This document shows, one piece after another, positions 16,411 through 24,929 of a DNA stretch of 31,258 bases (its first letter is position 1; each line of letters starts with the position of its first letter). Source of the stretch: an uncultured Candidatus Saccharibacteria bacterium. Lineage in GTDB: Bacteria > Patescibacteriota > Saccharimonadia > CAILAD01 > BJGX01. A program made the position numbers and the translations under genes. The notes beneath the pieces were generated by a model that had not been told where the DNA came from, made no database searches, and was given only the letters and a program-made list of their open reading frames with translations. The stretch covers positions 1 to 31,258 of the forward strand of contig CAYNHH010000007.1 of assembly GCA_964397085.1 (NCBI GenBank), read 5' to 3'.

Positions 16411-16493
16411 ATAATGTGTAATTCTACTCTATTTACACCCAAAAGTCAAGAATGGTTATGCTTGAAAATATTCAAATCAGTTCAATACAAATG

Positions 16494-17696
16494 TTAGCTA
16501 TTTTTTCTATGTTCTGCAATCACATCGTGATACATCTGACTATACTGTTTCCAAGTATCGTGTATGTCATGATGCTTAATAATATCTAGACTACCCTTTT
16601 TGTACTGTTTTAAGCGCACAGGGTCACTCAAGAGCCCTCCAATGAGCCTAGCTAGCCCAATGCCGTCACCATCAGCAAAAGTCCCGCCATTGACTCCATC
16701 TTGCGCCAGCTCTGGCAAAGCACCTTCATTGACCGCAAATACCGGTAGGCCTGCAGCCATCGCCTCAAGCGTCACAATACTCTGTAGTTCTACTGGGCTC
16801 GCAATAGCAAACACATCGCTCGCGGCCATATAGCGTCTTTTGTCTTGTAAATCTTGTACAAAGCCAGCAAACACCACCTTGTCTTGTACCATCAGTCGCT
16901 TGGCTTGTTTTTCAAGTTTCTTGCGAGCATTACCATCACCTATCAGTAACAGCTCAATGTCATATTGCACACACAGCCTGCTAAATGCCGTCATAATTAC
17001 ATCAATTCTCTTCTCTACTGCTAGTCTACCCGCATAAACCAGCACATATTGACTCTGTAAACCTAGTTCAGCCTTGAGTTTTACCTTATCCACTACAAGT
17101 GGTGCGTTAGCCTTGAGATCGATACCGTTAGAGATCGCTTGTGTAGGCACAGTCAGCCCATGATCTAATAAGTAGTTCAGAGCGGTCTGCGTAGGTGCTA
17201 CCACCCTATCTGCCTTGTTATACACCTTGGCAATGTATCGCCAGCCCAGGCCGTCTATAGTCTTTTCTACGCCCTTTACCCAACGAAGCCCAGTTGTAAA
17301 ACTCTCGGGCATCAGATGACTACCCACTACTACTGGCAAATTTTTTGCTCGGGCATATTTCATCATGGTCCGGCTAGTAGGAAACAAGTTATTTACATGA
17401 ACTATATCTGGTGTGTTTGCAGGTTTATCAAAGTATTCTGCTATCTGACCGTATGCCTTTCGGCTAAATCTCAAGTCTTTTTGAATAGGAATACCATACG
17501 AGTGCACCCGCAGTATGTCATAGCCACCCGGGTCTTTCTCAAGCGTTGGCGTGGTCTTCATGCCTTTTGGTGCCGGAGCAACAACAGTAACCCTAAAACC
17601 TGCTTTGGTGAGATTTACTCCCATATTATCAGTAACAGTCTCGGTACCACCAATACTGGGCTTAAATAGATCAGAACCAATTACTAGATGAATCAT
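16494..17696 (-). CDS. glycosyltransferase family 4 (GT-B, glycos_transf_1)
   Basis: N-terminal GGTETV donor-binding region and a C-terminal EAMAAGLPVFAVNEGALPELAQDGVNG motif typical of GT4 retaining glycosyltransferases. Confidence 0.85.
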   Translation of the reverse strand: MIHLVIGSDLFKPSIGGTETVTDNMGVNLTKAGFRVTVVAPAPKGMKTTPTLEKDPGGYDILRVHSYGIPIQKDLRFSRKAYGQIAEYFDKPANTPDIVHVNNLFPTSRTMMKYARAKNLPVVVGSHLMPESFTTGLRWVKGVEKTIDGLGWRYIAKVYNKADRVVAPTQTALNYLLDHGLTVPTQAISNGIDLKANAPLVVDKVKLKAELGLQSQYVLVYAGRLAVEKRIDVIMTAFSRLCVQYDIELLLIGDGNARKKLEKQAKRLMVQDKVVFAGFVQDLQDKRRYMAASDVFAIASPVELQSIVTLEAMAAGLPVFAVNEGALPELAQDGVNGGTFADGDGIGLARLIGGLLSDPVRLKQYKKGSLDIIKHHDIHDTWKQYSQMYHDVIAEHRKNS

Positions 17697-17732
17697 ATAG
17701 GTATTATAGCGCTTTTGCTAATAAAATGCGGC

Positions 17733-18860
17733 TTATCCAATTGGATATTGCGCAGCATACTTCGCTATCTCTGATGCAGCGGCTGCATGTTGCTTGCGAA
17801 TTTTTTCATATCTTGCACCACCTATCTTTACATACCCACTGAGTATATCTTCAGTTGCTCGAATAGCAAGTGAATTTGTAGACGCCCAAAGTCCCGCTCT
17901 ATTATCTACAACGTAGTGCAAATTACCTTCCTCTTGTCCGGGTAAAAAATCATACAATACTATTGGTAGGTCTGAAACAATAGCCTCTACAATGGTGCCA
18001 GGCCCTGCCTTGGTAAGTAACATGTCTGATGCGCGCATTAGGCGCGCAATGTCGTCTCTAAATTGGTATACATGCACAGATTTTTGAAATTTTCTCGCAC
18101 GCAATGTCTCATACAAGCTTTCATTTCTACCTGTTACAATAGCCAGATGAACATCAATAGGCATTTTATCTAGTTGTCGTGTAAGCGAGCTAATTTTGCC
18201 CATACCATCTCCACCAGCCATCACTAGTAGATTAGGTAAATCAGTCGGCCAGCCCAGTTCCTGCTGTAATTCCTCCTTAGATTCTTTCAAATTCGCAAAC
18301 TCTTCACTTATTGGCAACCCTATTACCTTCAGCTTGTCTGCAGGTACCCCAAAATTTCTTGCTCGCTTATACCCCTCACTACTCGGTACAATAATCATAT
18401 CTGCGCGCTTATCAAACCACATAGGGTGACCTGTTGCCAAGTCTGTCACTACAGTAATAAACGGAATATGCTTTTCAAAAGTTTGCAAGATGGGTAAATA
18501 CGCATTTGCTGCAAAGTGACACGACACTATTATGTCAGGCTTTAGCGCTGTAAAAGTTTCCCTAATTTCTTTCTGGTAGCGCTTGGCAATGGTATCCAGG
18601 GTAAATTGAGACTGTCTACTGCCCTCAGTAAGTTTAAAAATTGTTCCATAAGCAGATTTTAGCTTAGTAATAGTTGAGTACATCTTGGGGATATCACGAA
18701 TAGGTCGAGGGGCCTCATCAAACAAGTCAAAGTGAATAACCTCAAGTGTTGGGTCTTTCTCAAGTTGCTCAATAATTGCCAAGGCAGCTGCACGGTGACC
18801 ACCACCCGTCTTGGCCGACAATACTACTACTCGTTTTTTTGGTTTTGTCATAGTCTTCAT
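17733..18860 (-). CDS. diacylglycerol glycosyltransferase (UgtP/YpfP / MGDG-synthase-like, GT28)
   Basis: The N-terminal motif LSAKTGGGHRAAALAI is the hallmark of MGDG_synth/UgtP. C-terminal GT-B half. The ORF track starts at 18935; the likely start is the ATG at 18860 (MKTMTKPKK). Confidence 0.8.
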   Translation of the reverse strand: MKTMTKPKKRVVVLSAKTGGGHRAAALAIIEQLEKDPTLEVIHFDLFDEAPRPIRDIPKMYSTITKLKSAYGTIFKLTEGSRQSQFTLDTIAKRYQKEIRETFTALKPDIIVSCHFAANAYLPILQTFEKHIPFITVVTDLATGHPMWFDKRADMIIVPSSEGYKRARNFGVPADKLKVIGLPISEEFANLKESKEELQQELGWPTDLPNLLVMAGGDGMGKISSLTRQLDKMPIDVHLAIVTGRNESLYETLRARKFQKSVHVYQFRDDIARLMRASDMLLTKAGPGTIVEAIVSDLPIVLYDFLPGQEEGNLHYVVDNRAGLWASTNSLAIRATEDILSGYVKIGGARYEKIRKQHAAAASEIAKYAAQYPIG

Positions 18861-18907
18861 TATCGCATTCTTTGCAGCAAAAGAACAATGCTGGTACCAT
18901 AAGAAGT

Positions 18908-19969
18908 ATGAAATCCTCCTCACCATTAGAATCACATATTGACGATTCTACTCAAAAAACCCACAACAATAATAGCTCTAATTCGTCGCCTGCATCACAT
19001 AGCCAGCAAACATCTCATATTAGCCCACAGCATCGCGGGATAAATCTCAACACGCACGGTATAGAAACAGAGATACGACGTGATTACCTACATGAAAATT
19101 TAGTCATTATTGCTCCCAATCGTGGCAAACGACCCTACGACACCAAAGACAGCGGTCATGTACTCATTGAGACCGCCCAAAGCCCACGACTCGATCGTAA
19201 CGTCGATGTCTGTCAAATGAATGATAGTAATGGTAATTGGGTAGTGAAAGTAGTAGAAAACAAATTTCCTAGTCTCAGTCCCGATAACCCCAAAGCTTAT
19301 GGCAAACAAGAAATCGTCATTGATACTCCATTGGCCAGTACCCCTTTTAGCAAGCTAGATGAAAAGCAGATCATTAATGTACTCCATATTTACCAAAAAA
19401 GAATTGAAGATTTACTATCTCAAAATGGCATCGAATATGTGTTAGTGTTTCGTAATGATGGCTATGAAGCTGGTGCCAGTCTGGGGCACGCGCACAGTCA
19501 GATCTTTGCACTACCCCTTGTACCGCAAAAGTTCAAACGCGAATCTGAAATAGTAGAAGCTTATTATTTAGAGAACAAGCGTGACCCTTACGACGATATT
19601 ATTGGCTACGAAAAACGTACCAAGAGCAGAATACTATTCGAAAATGAACATTTCTTGGTATTCTGTCCATATGCTAGTCAGTGGCCATTTGAGATTTGGA
19701 TGCTACCCAAACGACCAGTAACTTCACTAAACGATCTATCACAGGCCGAAATTGCAACCTTGGCAGGTTCTCTCAAGCGCTACCTCAAAAAACTTACCCG
19801 ACACAAGATCAGCTTCAATATATATCTTGAAAACGGTGTCAGCCCACATCACCGCTTCTGCTTGAAAGTTTGTGGCCGTAGCAATACCTGGGGCGGATTT
19901 GAAGTCGCCAGTGGCATAGTGATCAATACCGTACCTCCAGAGTCTGCTGCTATCTGGTACAAGAGCTAA
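18908..19969 (+). CDS. galT: galactose-1-phosphate uridylyltransferase-like (GalT, HIT superfamily branch III) with low-complexity Ser/Asn/His-rich N-terminal extension
   Basis: RRDYLHENLVIIAPNRGKRPYD (cf. RRDPLTGEWVIVSPHRAKRP) and the His-x-His-x-Gln nucleotidyl-transfer motif GHAHSQIF. The ORF-track start 18872 is TTG and overlaps the divergent upstream gene. The first ATG is at 18908 (MKSS). Confidence 0.75.
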   Translation: MKSSSPLESHIDDSTQKTHNNNSSNSSPASHSQQTSHISPQHRGINLNTHGIETEIRRDYLHENLVIIAPNRGKRPYDTKDSGHVLIETAQSPRLDRNVDVCQMNDSNGNWVVKVVENKFPSLSPDNPKAYGKQEIVIDTPLASTPFSKLDEKQIINVLHIYQKRIEDLLSQNGIEYVLVFRNDGYEAGASLGHAHSQIFALPLVPQKFKRESEIVEAYYLENKRDPYDDIIGYEKRTKSRILFENEHFLVFCPYASQWPFEIWMLPKRPVTSLNDLSQAEIATLAGSLKRYLKKLTRHKISFNIYLENGVSPHHRFCLKVCGRSNTWGGFEVASGIVINTVPPESAAIWYKS

Positions 19970-20074
19970 ATTGCACATATAAGCATAAGAACAAAATGAT
20001 TATTCACCCATACGCTTGCTATTCGTATTTTATTCGTATAATATGATAGAAAAGTAACTAATTAGGGGGTGAGG

Positions 20075-21586
20075 ATGTTAGCTAAAGTAAATGCAATAAG
20101 TCTTTTAGGTCTTGAAAGCCAGCTAGTAGAGGTAGAAGCTGATATGCACAACGGCCTGCCGGCATTCATAATCGTCGGTATGGCCAATAAGGCCGTTGAT
20201 GAAGCCAAAGAGCGCGTACGAGCAGCTATGAAAAATTCTAAGCTTCATTTGCCACCTCGACGCATCACTCTCAATCTCGCGCCAGCCGATCTGCCCAAGA
20301 GCGGGTCTGGTTTTGATCTAGCTATGGCTGCAAGCCTACTAGTTGCAAGCGGGCAAATCAAGCCTATCGACCCAGACACGGCATTTTTTGGTGAGCTTGC
20401 ACTCGATGGCAACACCAGGCCAGTATCCGGTGCCTTGGCTACAGCCCAAGCAGCCGTCGATTTTGGCCTCAAAAAACTCTATGCCCCCACCCAGGTTGCT
20501 GCGCAAGCTGCCTTAGTATCTAGCATAACGGTCTATCCAGTGAGCTCACTGTTTGAACTATATCAGCACTTACTCGGGGAGGTCACTATTACACCTCTAA
20601 CTAATACTGAAATACTCGGCCAAAATACTCATGCCGAGATAGATTTTGCCGATATTTATGGCCAACATCAAGCCAAGCGTGCTATCGAGATAGCCGCTAC
20701 CGGAAATCACAATATTCTTCTTTCAGGGCCTCCCGGATCAGGTAAAACTTTGCTCGCCAAAGCATTGGTAGGTCTATTGCCTGAACCAAGTTATACAGAG
20801 ATGCTTGAGATCACTCGTATCCATAGTCTGGCCGGGCACGCACAAGACTCAATAGTGCGCTCACGCCCCTTCAGAACACCACACCACACGGCAAGTAATA
20901 TTGCTCTCATAGGTGGTGGTCAATGGCCCAAACCTGGTGAAATAAGTCTTGCTCACAGAGGCGTGCTATTTCTAGATGAGTTACCCGAATTTCCTCGGCA
21001 CGTACTAGAAGTACTCCGGCAACCACTTGAAGATGGTACTATTACCGTCAGTCGGGCTACAGCGAGCTATCAATTCCCCGCTCGATTCTTACTAGTGGCT
21101 GCCCAAAATCCTTGCCCCTGTGGCTATGCTGGTGATGACAAACAAATTTGTAGCTGTTCTCCATCCCAGCTCAATCGTTATAAAACTCGAGTTTCTGGAC
21201 CTATGCTAGATAGAATTGATCTCTTAGTAACCGTCAATAGAATTGACCACCAACAGCTCTTACACGGTGAATCCTCAGAATCATCAAGTACTGTCCGTAA
21301 GCGAATACTAAAGGCTCGCAGTATACAGGCTGTTAGGTTTAACAACCATCCAATCAACACAAACAACGAGATGAACAACGCCCAGATCCGCGAATTCTGC
21401 AGCTTATCTCCAGAGGTAGAAAGTCTTGCTCAGGCCGCCCTGCAGTCAATGAATTTAAGTGCCCGTACCTATATGCGAATGCTCAAAGTAGCCCGAACCA
21501 TAGCAGACCTATCTGATAGTCAAGGTATTTTACCCGAGCACTTTGCTGAGGCATTACAATATCGTATGGCAAAAGCTACCATCTAA
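20075..21586 (+). CDS. comM: YifB/ComM family Mg-chelatase-like AAA+ ATPase
   Basis: N-terminal Lon-protease-like domain (LLGLESQLVEVEADMHNGLPAFIIVGMA), Walker A GPPGSGKT, Walker B VLFLDELPEF, and C-terminal YifB region. ATG at 20075 preceded by GGGGGTGAGG. The ORF-track GTG at 20069 is unlikely. Confidence 0.9.
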   Translation: MLAKVNAISLLGLESQLVEVEADMHNGLPAFIIVGMANKAVDEAKERVRAAMKNSKLHLPPRRITLNLAPADLPKSGSGFDLAMAASLLVASGQIKPIDPDTAFFGELALDGNTRPVSGALATAQAAVDFGLKKLYAPTQVAAQAALVSSITVYPVSSLFELYQHLLGEVTITPLTNTEILGQNTHAEIDFADIYGQHQAKRAIEIAATGNHNILLSGPPGSGKTLLAKALVGLLPEPSYTEMLEITRIHSLAGHAQDSIVRSRPFRTPHHTASNIALIGGGQWPKPGEISLAHRGVLFLDELPEFPRHVLEVLRQPLEDGTITVSRATASYQFPARFLLVAAQNPCPCGYAGDDKQICSCSPSQLNRYKTRVSGPMLDRIDLLVTVNRIDHQQLLHGESSESSSTVRKRILKARSIQAVRFNNHPINTNNEMNNAQIREFCSLSPEVESLAQAALQSMNLSARTYMRMLKVARTIADLSDSQGILPEHFAEALQYRMAKATI

Positions 21587-21609
21587 ATGCAGACCTTTTG
21601 ATGCGGTTA

Positions 21610-21924
21610 TCAGATTTTGATTATTTTATATACTTGGGTACCAACACTTGTTTTGTCTAGAACAAAATACAATACCACAAAGACCGCCAATATAATACCA
21701 GTGAGAGCAAGTGATCGAAGAATATCTTTCTTTGCATAAGACTGTTGTTTCAATTGATCAGATGTGACTTCACTCGTTACCTTAGGCCCATTAATGCTTT
21801 TCTTCACAACTGTCTCATTCATTGATTCAGTCTGGGGTGCTACTGTATTCACCTGGTTCTGTTTACCCTGAGCTTGAGTAATCTTTTGTTTTCGAGTTTT
21901 ACGATTTTTCTTCTTTTTTGCCAT
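21610..21924 (-). CDS. small basic membrane-anchored protein (N-terminal KKKKNRKTRKQK, C-terminal TM helix), hypothetical
   Basis: 104-aa ORF. Lys/Arg/Gln-rich N-terminus and hydrophobic LALTGIILAVFVVLYFVL near the C-terminus. Confidence 0.45.
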   Translation of the reverse strand: MAKKKKNRKTRKQKITQAQGKQNQVNTVAPQTESMNETVVKKSINGPKVTSEVTSDQLKQQSYAKKDILRSLALTGIILAVFVVLYFVLDKTSVGTQVYKIIKI

Positions 21925-22020
21925 AACAATTCCCCATTAATTAAGTACATTTTAACAGTTTTTACCCCAAGGTTGCTAATTATTGAGCTGCAAAGCTATA
22001 ATAGAGCACTGGAACAATCT

Positions 22021-22500
22021 ATGACAATTCTCATAATATTATTTTGCATTAGTCTTATCGCACTAGGATACACCCAGTGGCGTCTGCTGCAACTCCAAAA
22101 ACAGTATGGTGAGTTCTTAGAGGGTGCCGAGGCCAAGAAAATTGAAGATCTCATCAAGAGCTACTCGACTGACGTGAAAGATTCATTACAAAAACTTGAT
22201 GAACTCGCCGGTTTCACCGCCAAGCTGCATACCCAAGCCCAATTTGCTATTTCCAAACAAGCACTCATCAGATTTAATCCTTTTGGTGACACAGGAGGCG
22301 ACCAAAGTTTTGTACTGGCCATACTCGACAATCATAATAACGGAGTAATTATTTCAAGCATACATGCCCGTACCGGTACTCGAGTATATGCCAAAGAAAT
22401 TACCAACGGACTAAGTAAGTACAACCTATCTGATGAAGAAACCGTATCTTTGCAAAAAGCCTTGAATAGTAAGAAGAAACAGGAAGCTTCAGAGAAGTAA
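22021..22500 (+). CDS. DUF4446-like membrane protein (N-terminal TM + conserved RFNPFGDTGGDQSFVLAILD core)
   Basis: The internal ATG at 22021 (MTILIILFCISLIALG) avoids overlap with the 21610..21924 gene. The motif F(N)PF.D.GGDQSF..A(L)LD with a following TGTR..YAKEI segment is characteristic of the DUF4446 family, as I recall it. Five nt upstream of bactofilin. Confidence 0.55.
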   Translation: MTILIILFCISLIALGYTQWRLLQLQKQYGEFLEGAEAKKIEDLIKSYSTDVKDSLQKLDELAGFTAKLHTQAQFAISKQALIRFNPFGDTGGDQSFVLAILDNHNNGVIISSIHARTGTRVYAKEITNGLSKYNLSDEETVSLQKALNSKKKQEASEK

Positions 22501-22505
22501 AGATA

Positions 22506-22871
22506 ATGAGAAATCTATTCAAGAAAAAGCCACTTACAATACCTTTTAATAACTTTGCAGAGTACTATATGGGTGCCGAAGTAACTGCTTCAGGCAACTG
22601 CAAAACTGACCAAGATGTGTACATTGATGGCAGATTTCATGGCGAAATCAAAACGACAGGACTAATAGAGCTGGCCAAAAATTCAAAAATTGAAGCTGAT
22701 ATTGATGCCAGGACAGCGATTATCGAAGGAGAATTTGCTGGTAATGCCAAAGTACTCGACGAATTACATATTACTAGCTGTGCAACCGTAAAGGGCACAC
22801 TACAAACCACAAATTATATAGTCGACAAGGGTGCTGTAGTAAATGCCCGTACTAAAATGGAGCGAACATAA
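22506..22871 (+). CDS. bactofilin (DUF583) family cytoskeletal protein
   Basis: Repetitive beta-helical pattern (G.I.G.I.T.GLIEL...IEADIDA...IIEGEF.GNAKV..L.I). ~120 aa. Tight operon with the flanking genes. Confidence 0.75.
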   Translation: MRNLFKKKPLTIPFNNFAEYYMGAEVTASGNCKTDQDVYIDGRFHGEIKTTGLIELAKNSKIEADIDARTAIIEGEFAGNAKVLDELHITSCATVKGTLQTTNYIVDKGAVVNARTKMERT

Positions 22872-22873
22872 TA

Positions 22874-23686
22874 ATGTATGCATTATTTCTCGATAAAAGC
22901 GCACGAGATTCATCAGCCCTGCAAGCCTACTTGGCAACATGGAAACAGACCCAAAAGATAGTCAGTGAAGATTACTTAATAGATAATGTTGAACAAATTA
23001 CTACAATATGCCGCGAACATGGCAAAAAATACTCTACAATTATAGGAATAGGGAGTGAAGCCACATTTCAATCTCTCATCAGTGAATCAAGATATTTTGA
23101 TGATAAAGTTGTACTTGCCTACATCCCTACTGCTGTCGACACGCTCACCAAGCGGCTAGGTATCAAAGACTACAAAGATGGATGTAGCATTGTAGCCCAA
23201 AGAAAAATAATTGAGCTCACTGCCCTCTCAATCAATCAAAAATATTTCTTATTTGATTATCGAATTGATGTGGTCAGAGGTGCAACTAAAGACAGCCCAA
23301 CTACACATATACACCTTGATAAAACCATGCAAATTGATTTACCTACAGATGTCATGATTATTCATAATCGTAACCAAGAACTCCTGCCCCACAACTCCCC
23401 TTTACTCCTAGAGGCCTACTCACAAAAAAATCTTTCTAGCGATAAAAGAAATGTACTAAAGCTCGCCACTCAACATTTGCATAATATGGGCGAGGACGAA
23501 AAACGCCTTCAGCTACGTGTACCTGCTCATACTCTGCAAATTGATTCCAGTGCTGAGCTAGTTGATGAGTACAATCACAGGCTTAAAACTCCTATAGTGG
23601 TCGGGAGTCAAAAGAAGTCTATTCGATTGATCGTAAAAAAAGGCCAAGAGCTACAGGCAATCCTCTCACCAGGGTTGATTTCTTGA
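22874..23686 (+). CDS. hypothetical protein with diacylglycerol-kinase-catalytic-domain-like (DAGK_cat/YegS-like) N-terminal region, probably catalytically degenerate
   Basis: IIGIGSEATF (in place of GGDGT) and VVLAYIPTAVDTLTKRLGI (cf. lgiiPlGTgNDfaraLGI) suggest the DAGK/NAD-kinase fold. The catalytic Asp/Gly are not conserved. Low certainty. Confidence 0.4.
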   Translation: MYALFLDKSARDSSALQAYLATWKQTQKIVSEDYLIDNVEQITTICREHGKKYSTIIGIGSEATFQSLISESRYFDDKVVLAYIPTAVDTLTKRLGIKDYKDGCSIVAQRKIIELTALSINQKYFLFDYRIDVVRGATKDSPTTHIHLDKTMQIDLPTDVMIIHNRNQELLPHNSPLLLEAYSQKNLSSDKRNVLKLATQHLHNMGEDEKRLQLRVPAHTLQIDSSAELVDEYNHRLKTPIVVGSQKKSIRLIVKKGQELQAILSPGLIS

Positions 23687-23728
23687 GTACCTTATGATAT
23701 TATTGTCTGGAGCTTTAAGGAGTCATAA

Positions 23729-24298
23729 CTGAAAAAACAGCGTTTTAAGCTAAATCATGAAATAAAAGCCTCAACAGTTAGACTGTTGGGTGCTGACGGT
23801 TCTCAACTTGGAGTAGTCAGCTTAAGTGAAGCGATCAAGCTTGCACACGAACAAGGATATGATTTAGCCGAAGTCTCCCCGGCAGCACAGCCACCAGTCT
23901 GTAAATTACTTGACTGGGGCAAATATCAATACGAACAAGAGAAGATACGACAAAAAAGTCGTAAGAATCAAAAAAGTATTGAGGTAAAACAGATTCGTAT
24001 GGGCCTCAAAATTGGTCAACACGATATAGAAGTGAAGCAACGAGCTGCCACCAAATTTCTACTGGCTGGTAACAAAGTCAAGCTTACTGCACGTTTCAAA
24101 GGTAGAGAGATGACCCACCAAGACCTTGGTAAGGCCATACTAGCAAAGTTTTTTGAAGGCCTCAGCGACATCGCCACCCTTGAAGGCTCTCAGAGTATGG
24201 CCGGGCGCGATATGTCTATCATCGCAGTGCCCAAGAAAGAACTTGTAGCACAAGATGCCAAGCCTGAGACAAAAAAAGAAGTCGACACTAAGAAATAA
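23729..24298 (+). CDS. infC: translation initiation factor IF-3, with non-AUG start
   Basis: IF-3 N- and C-domains (VRLLGADGSQLGVVSLSEAIKLAHEQGYDLAEVSPAAQPPVCKLLDWGKYQYE...IEVKQIRMGLKIGQHDIEVK...). The reading frame is open upstream of the ORF-track TTG (23786), back to a stop at 23726. AAGGAG at 23717-23722 is followed 6 nt later by CTG (23729). There is no in-frame ATG or ATT. The start lies between 23729 (CTG), 23762 (ATA) and 23786 (TTG). Confidence 0.8.
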   Translation: MKKQRFKLNHEIKASTVRLLGADGSQLGVVSLSEAIKLAHEQGYDLAEVSPAAQPPVCKLLDWGKYQYEQEKIRQKSRKNQKSIEVKQIRMGLKIGQHDIEVKQRAATKFLLAGNKVKLTARFKGREMTHQDLGKAILAKFFEGLSDIATLEGSQSMAGRDMSIIAVPKKELVAQDAKPETKKEVDTKK

Positions 24299-24324
24299 TA
24301 GAAAATAATAGCAAGAGAGAAACC

Positions 24325-24522
24325 ATGCCAAAGCAAAAAACTAACAAAACCATGAGTAAACGCGTAAAGATCACCGGTACCGGTAAAGTTTTGCGTAGAA
24401 AAGCCGGTAGAGCTCATAAGCTCACTCTTAAATCTGGTGCTCGCAAACGCGCCTACACTCTAGAACACGGTATGGCTAAGGGTGATTCTAAAAATGTTAA
24501 AAAAATGGTAGGAGTTAAGTAA
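24325..24522 (+). CDS. rpmI: 50S ribosomal protein L35
   Basis: [33 protein letters not shown]... is the classic L35 sequence. 65 aa. Immediately follows infC. Confidence 0.9.
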   Translation: MPKQKTNKTMSKRVKITGTGKVLRRKAGRAHKLTLKSGARKRAYTLEHGMAKGDSKNVKKMVGVK

Positions 24523-24863
24523 TGAGAGTAAAACGCGGGGTAACCACCCACAAACGACATAAAAAAATCCTTAAACTCACCAAGGGCTACAGCAAGACAC
24601 GTAGAAGTAGTTACAGAAAGGCTCATGAAGCCGTACTCAAAGCTTTAAGTTACCAATACAGAGACCGTCGCAATCTTAAGCGCGACATGCGTGCCCTCTG
24701 GATTACTCGTATTGGTGCCGCTGCTAGACTTAACGGTGTCAGCTACTCTGTCTTTACCGCCGGGCTCAAGAAATCCGAGATCAATCTTAATCGCAAAACT
24801 CTTGCAGAGCTAGCAGTCAATCAGCCTAAAGCTTTTGAAGCCGTAGTAAAAGCCACCAAGTAA
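24522..24863 (+). CDS. rplT: 50S ribosomal protein L20
   Basis: [76 protein letters not shown]... is the classic L20. Its start overlaps the rpmI stop (ATGA-type coupling). Confidence 0.9.
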   Translation: MRVKRGVTTHKRHKKILKLTKGYSKTRRSSYRKAHEAVLKALSYQYRDRRNLKRDMRALWITRIGAAARLNGVSYSVFTAGLKKSEINLNRKTLAELAVNQPKAFEAVVKATK

Positions 24864-24882
24864 ACTCCCTCAATTCAGTATT

Positions 24883-24916
24883 AAAAAACCTCTCAAAAAT
24901 TATGAGAGGTTTTTTA
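24883..24916. terminator. bidirectional intrinsic terminator (CCTCTCAAAAATTATGAGAGG flanked by A6 and T6)
   Basis: 8-bp stem at 24889-24909 with U-runs on both strands. Terminates the infC-rpmI-rplT operon and the convergent ABC permease gene. Confidence 0.75.
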
Positions 24917-24929
24917 ATATCTAGAGTAT

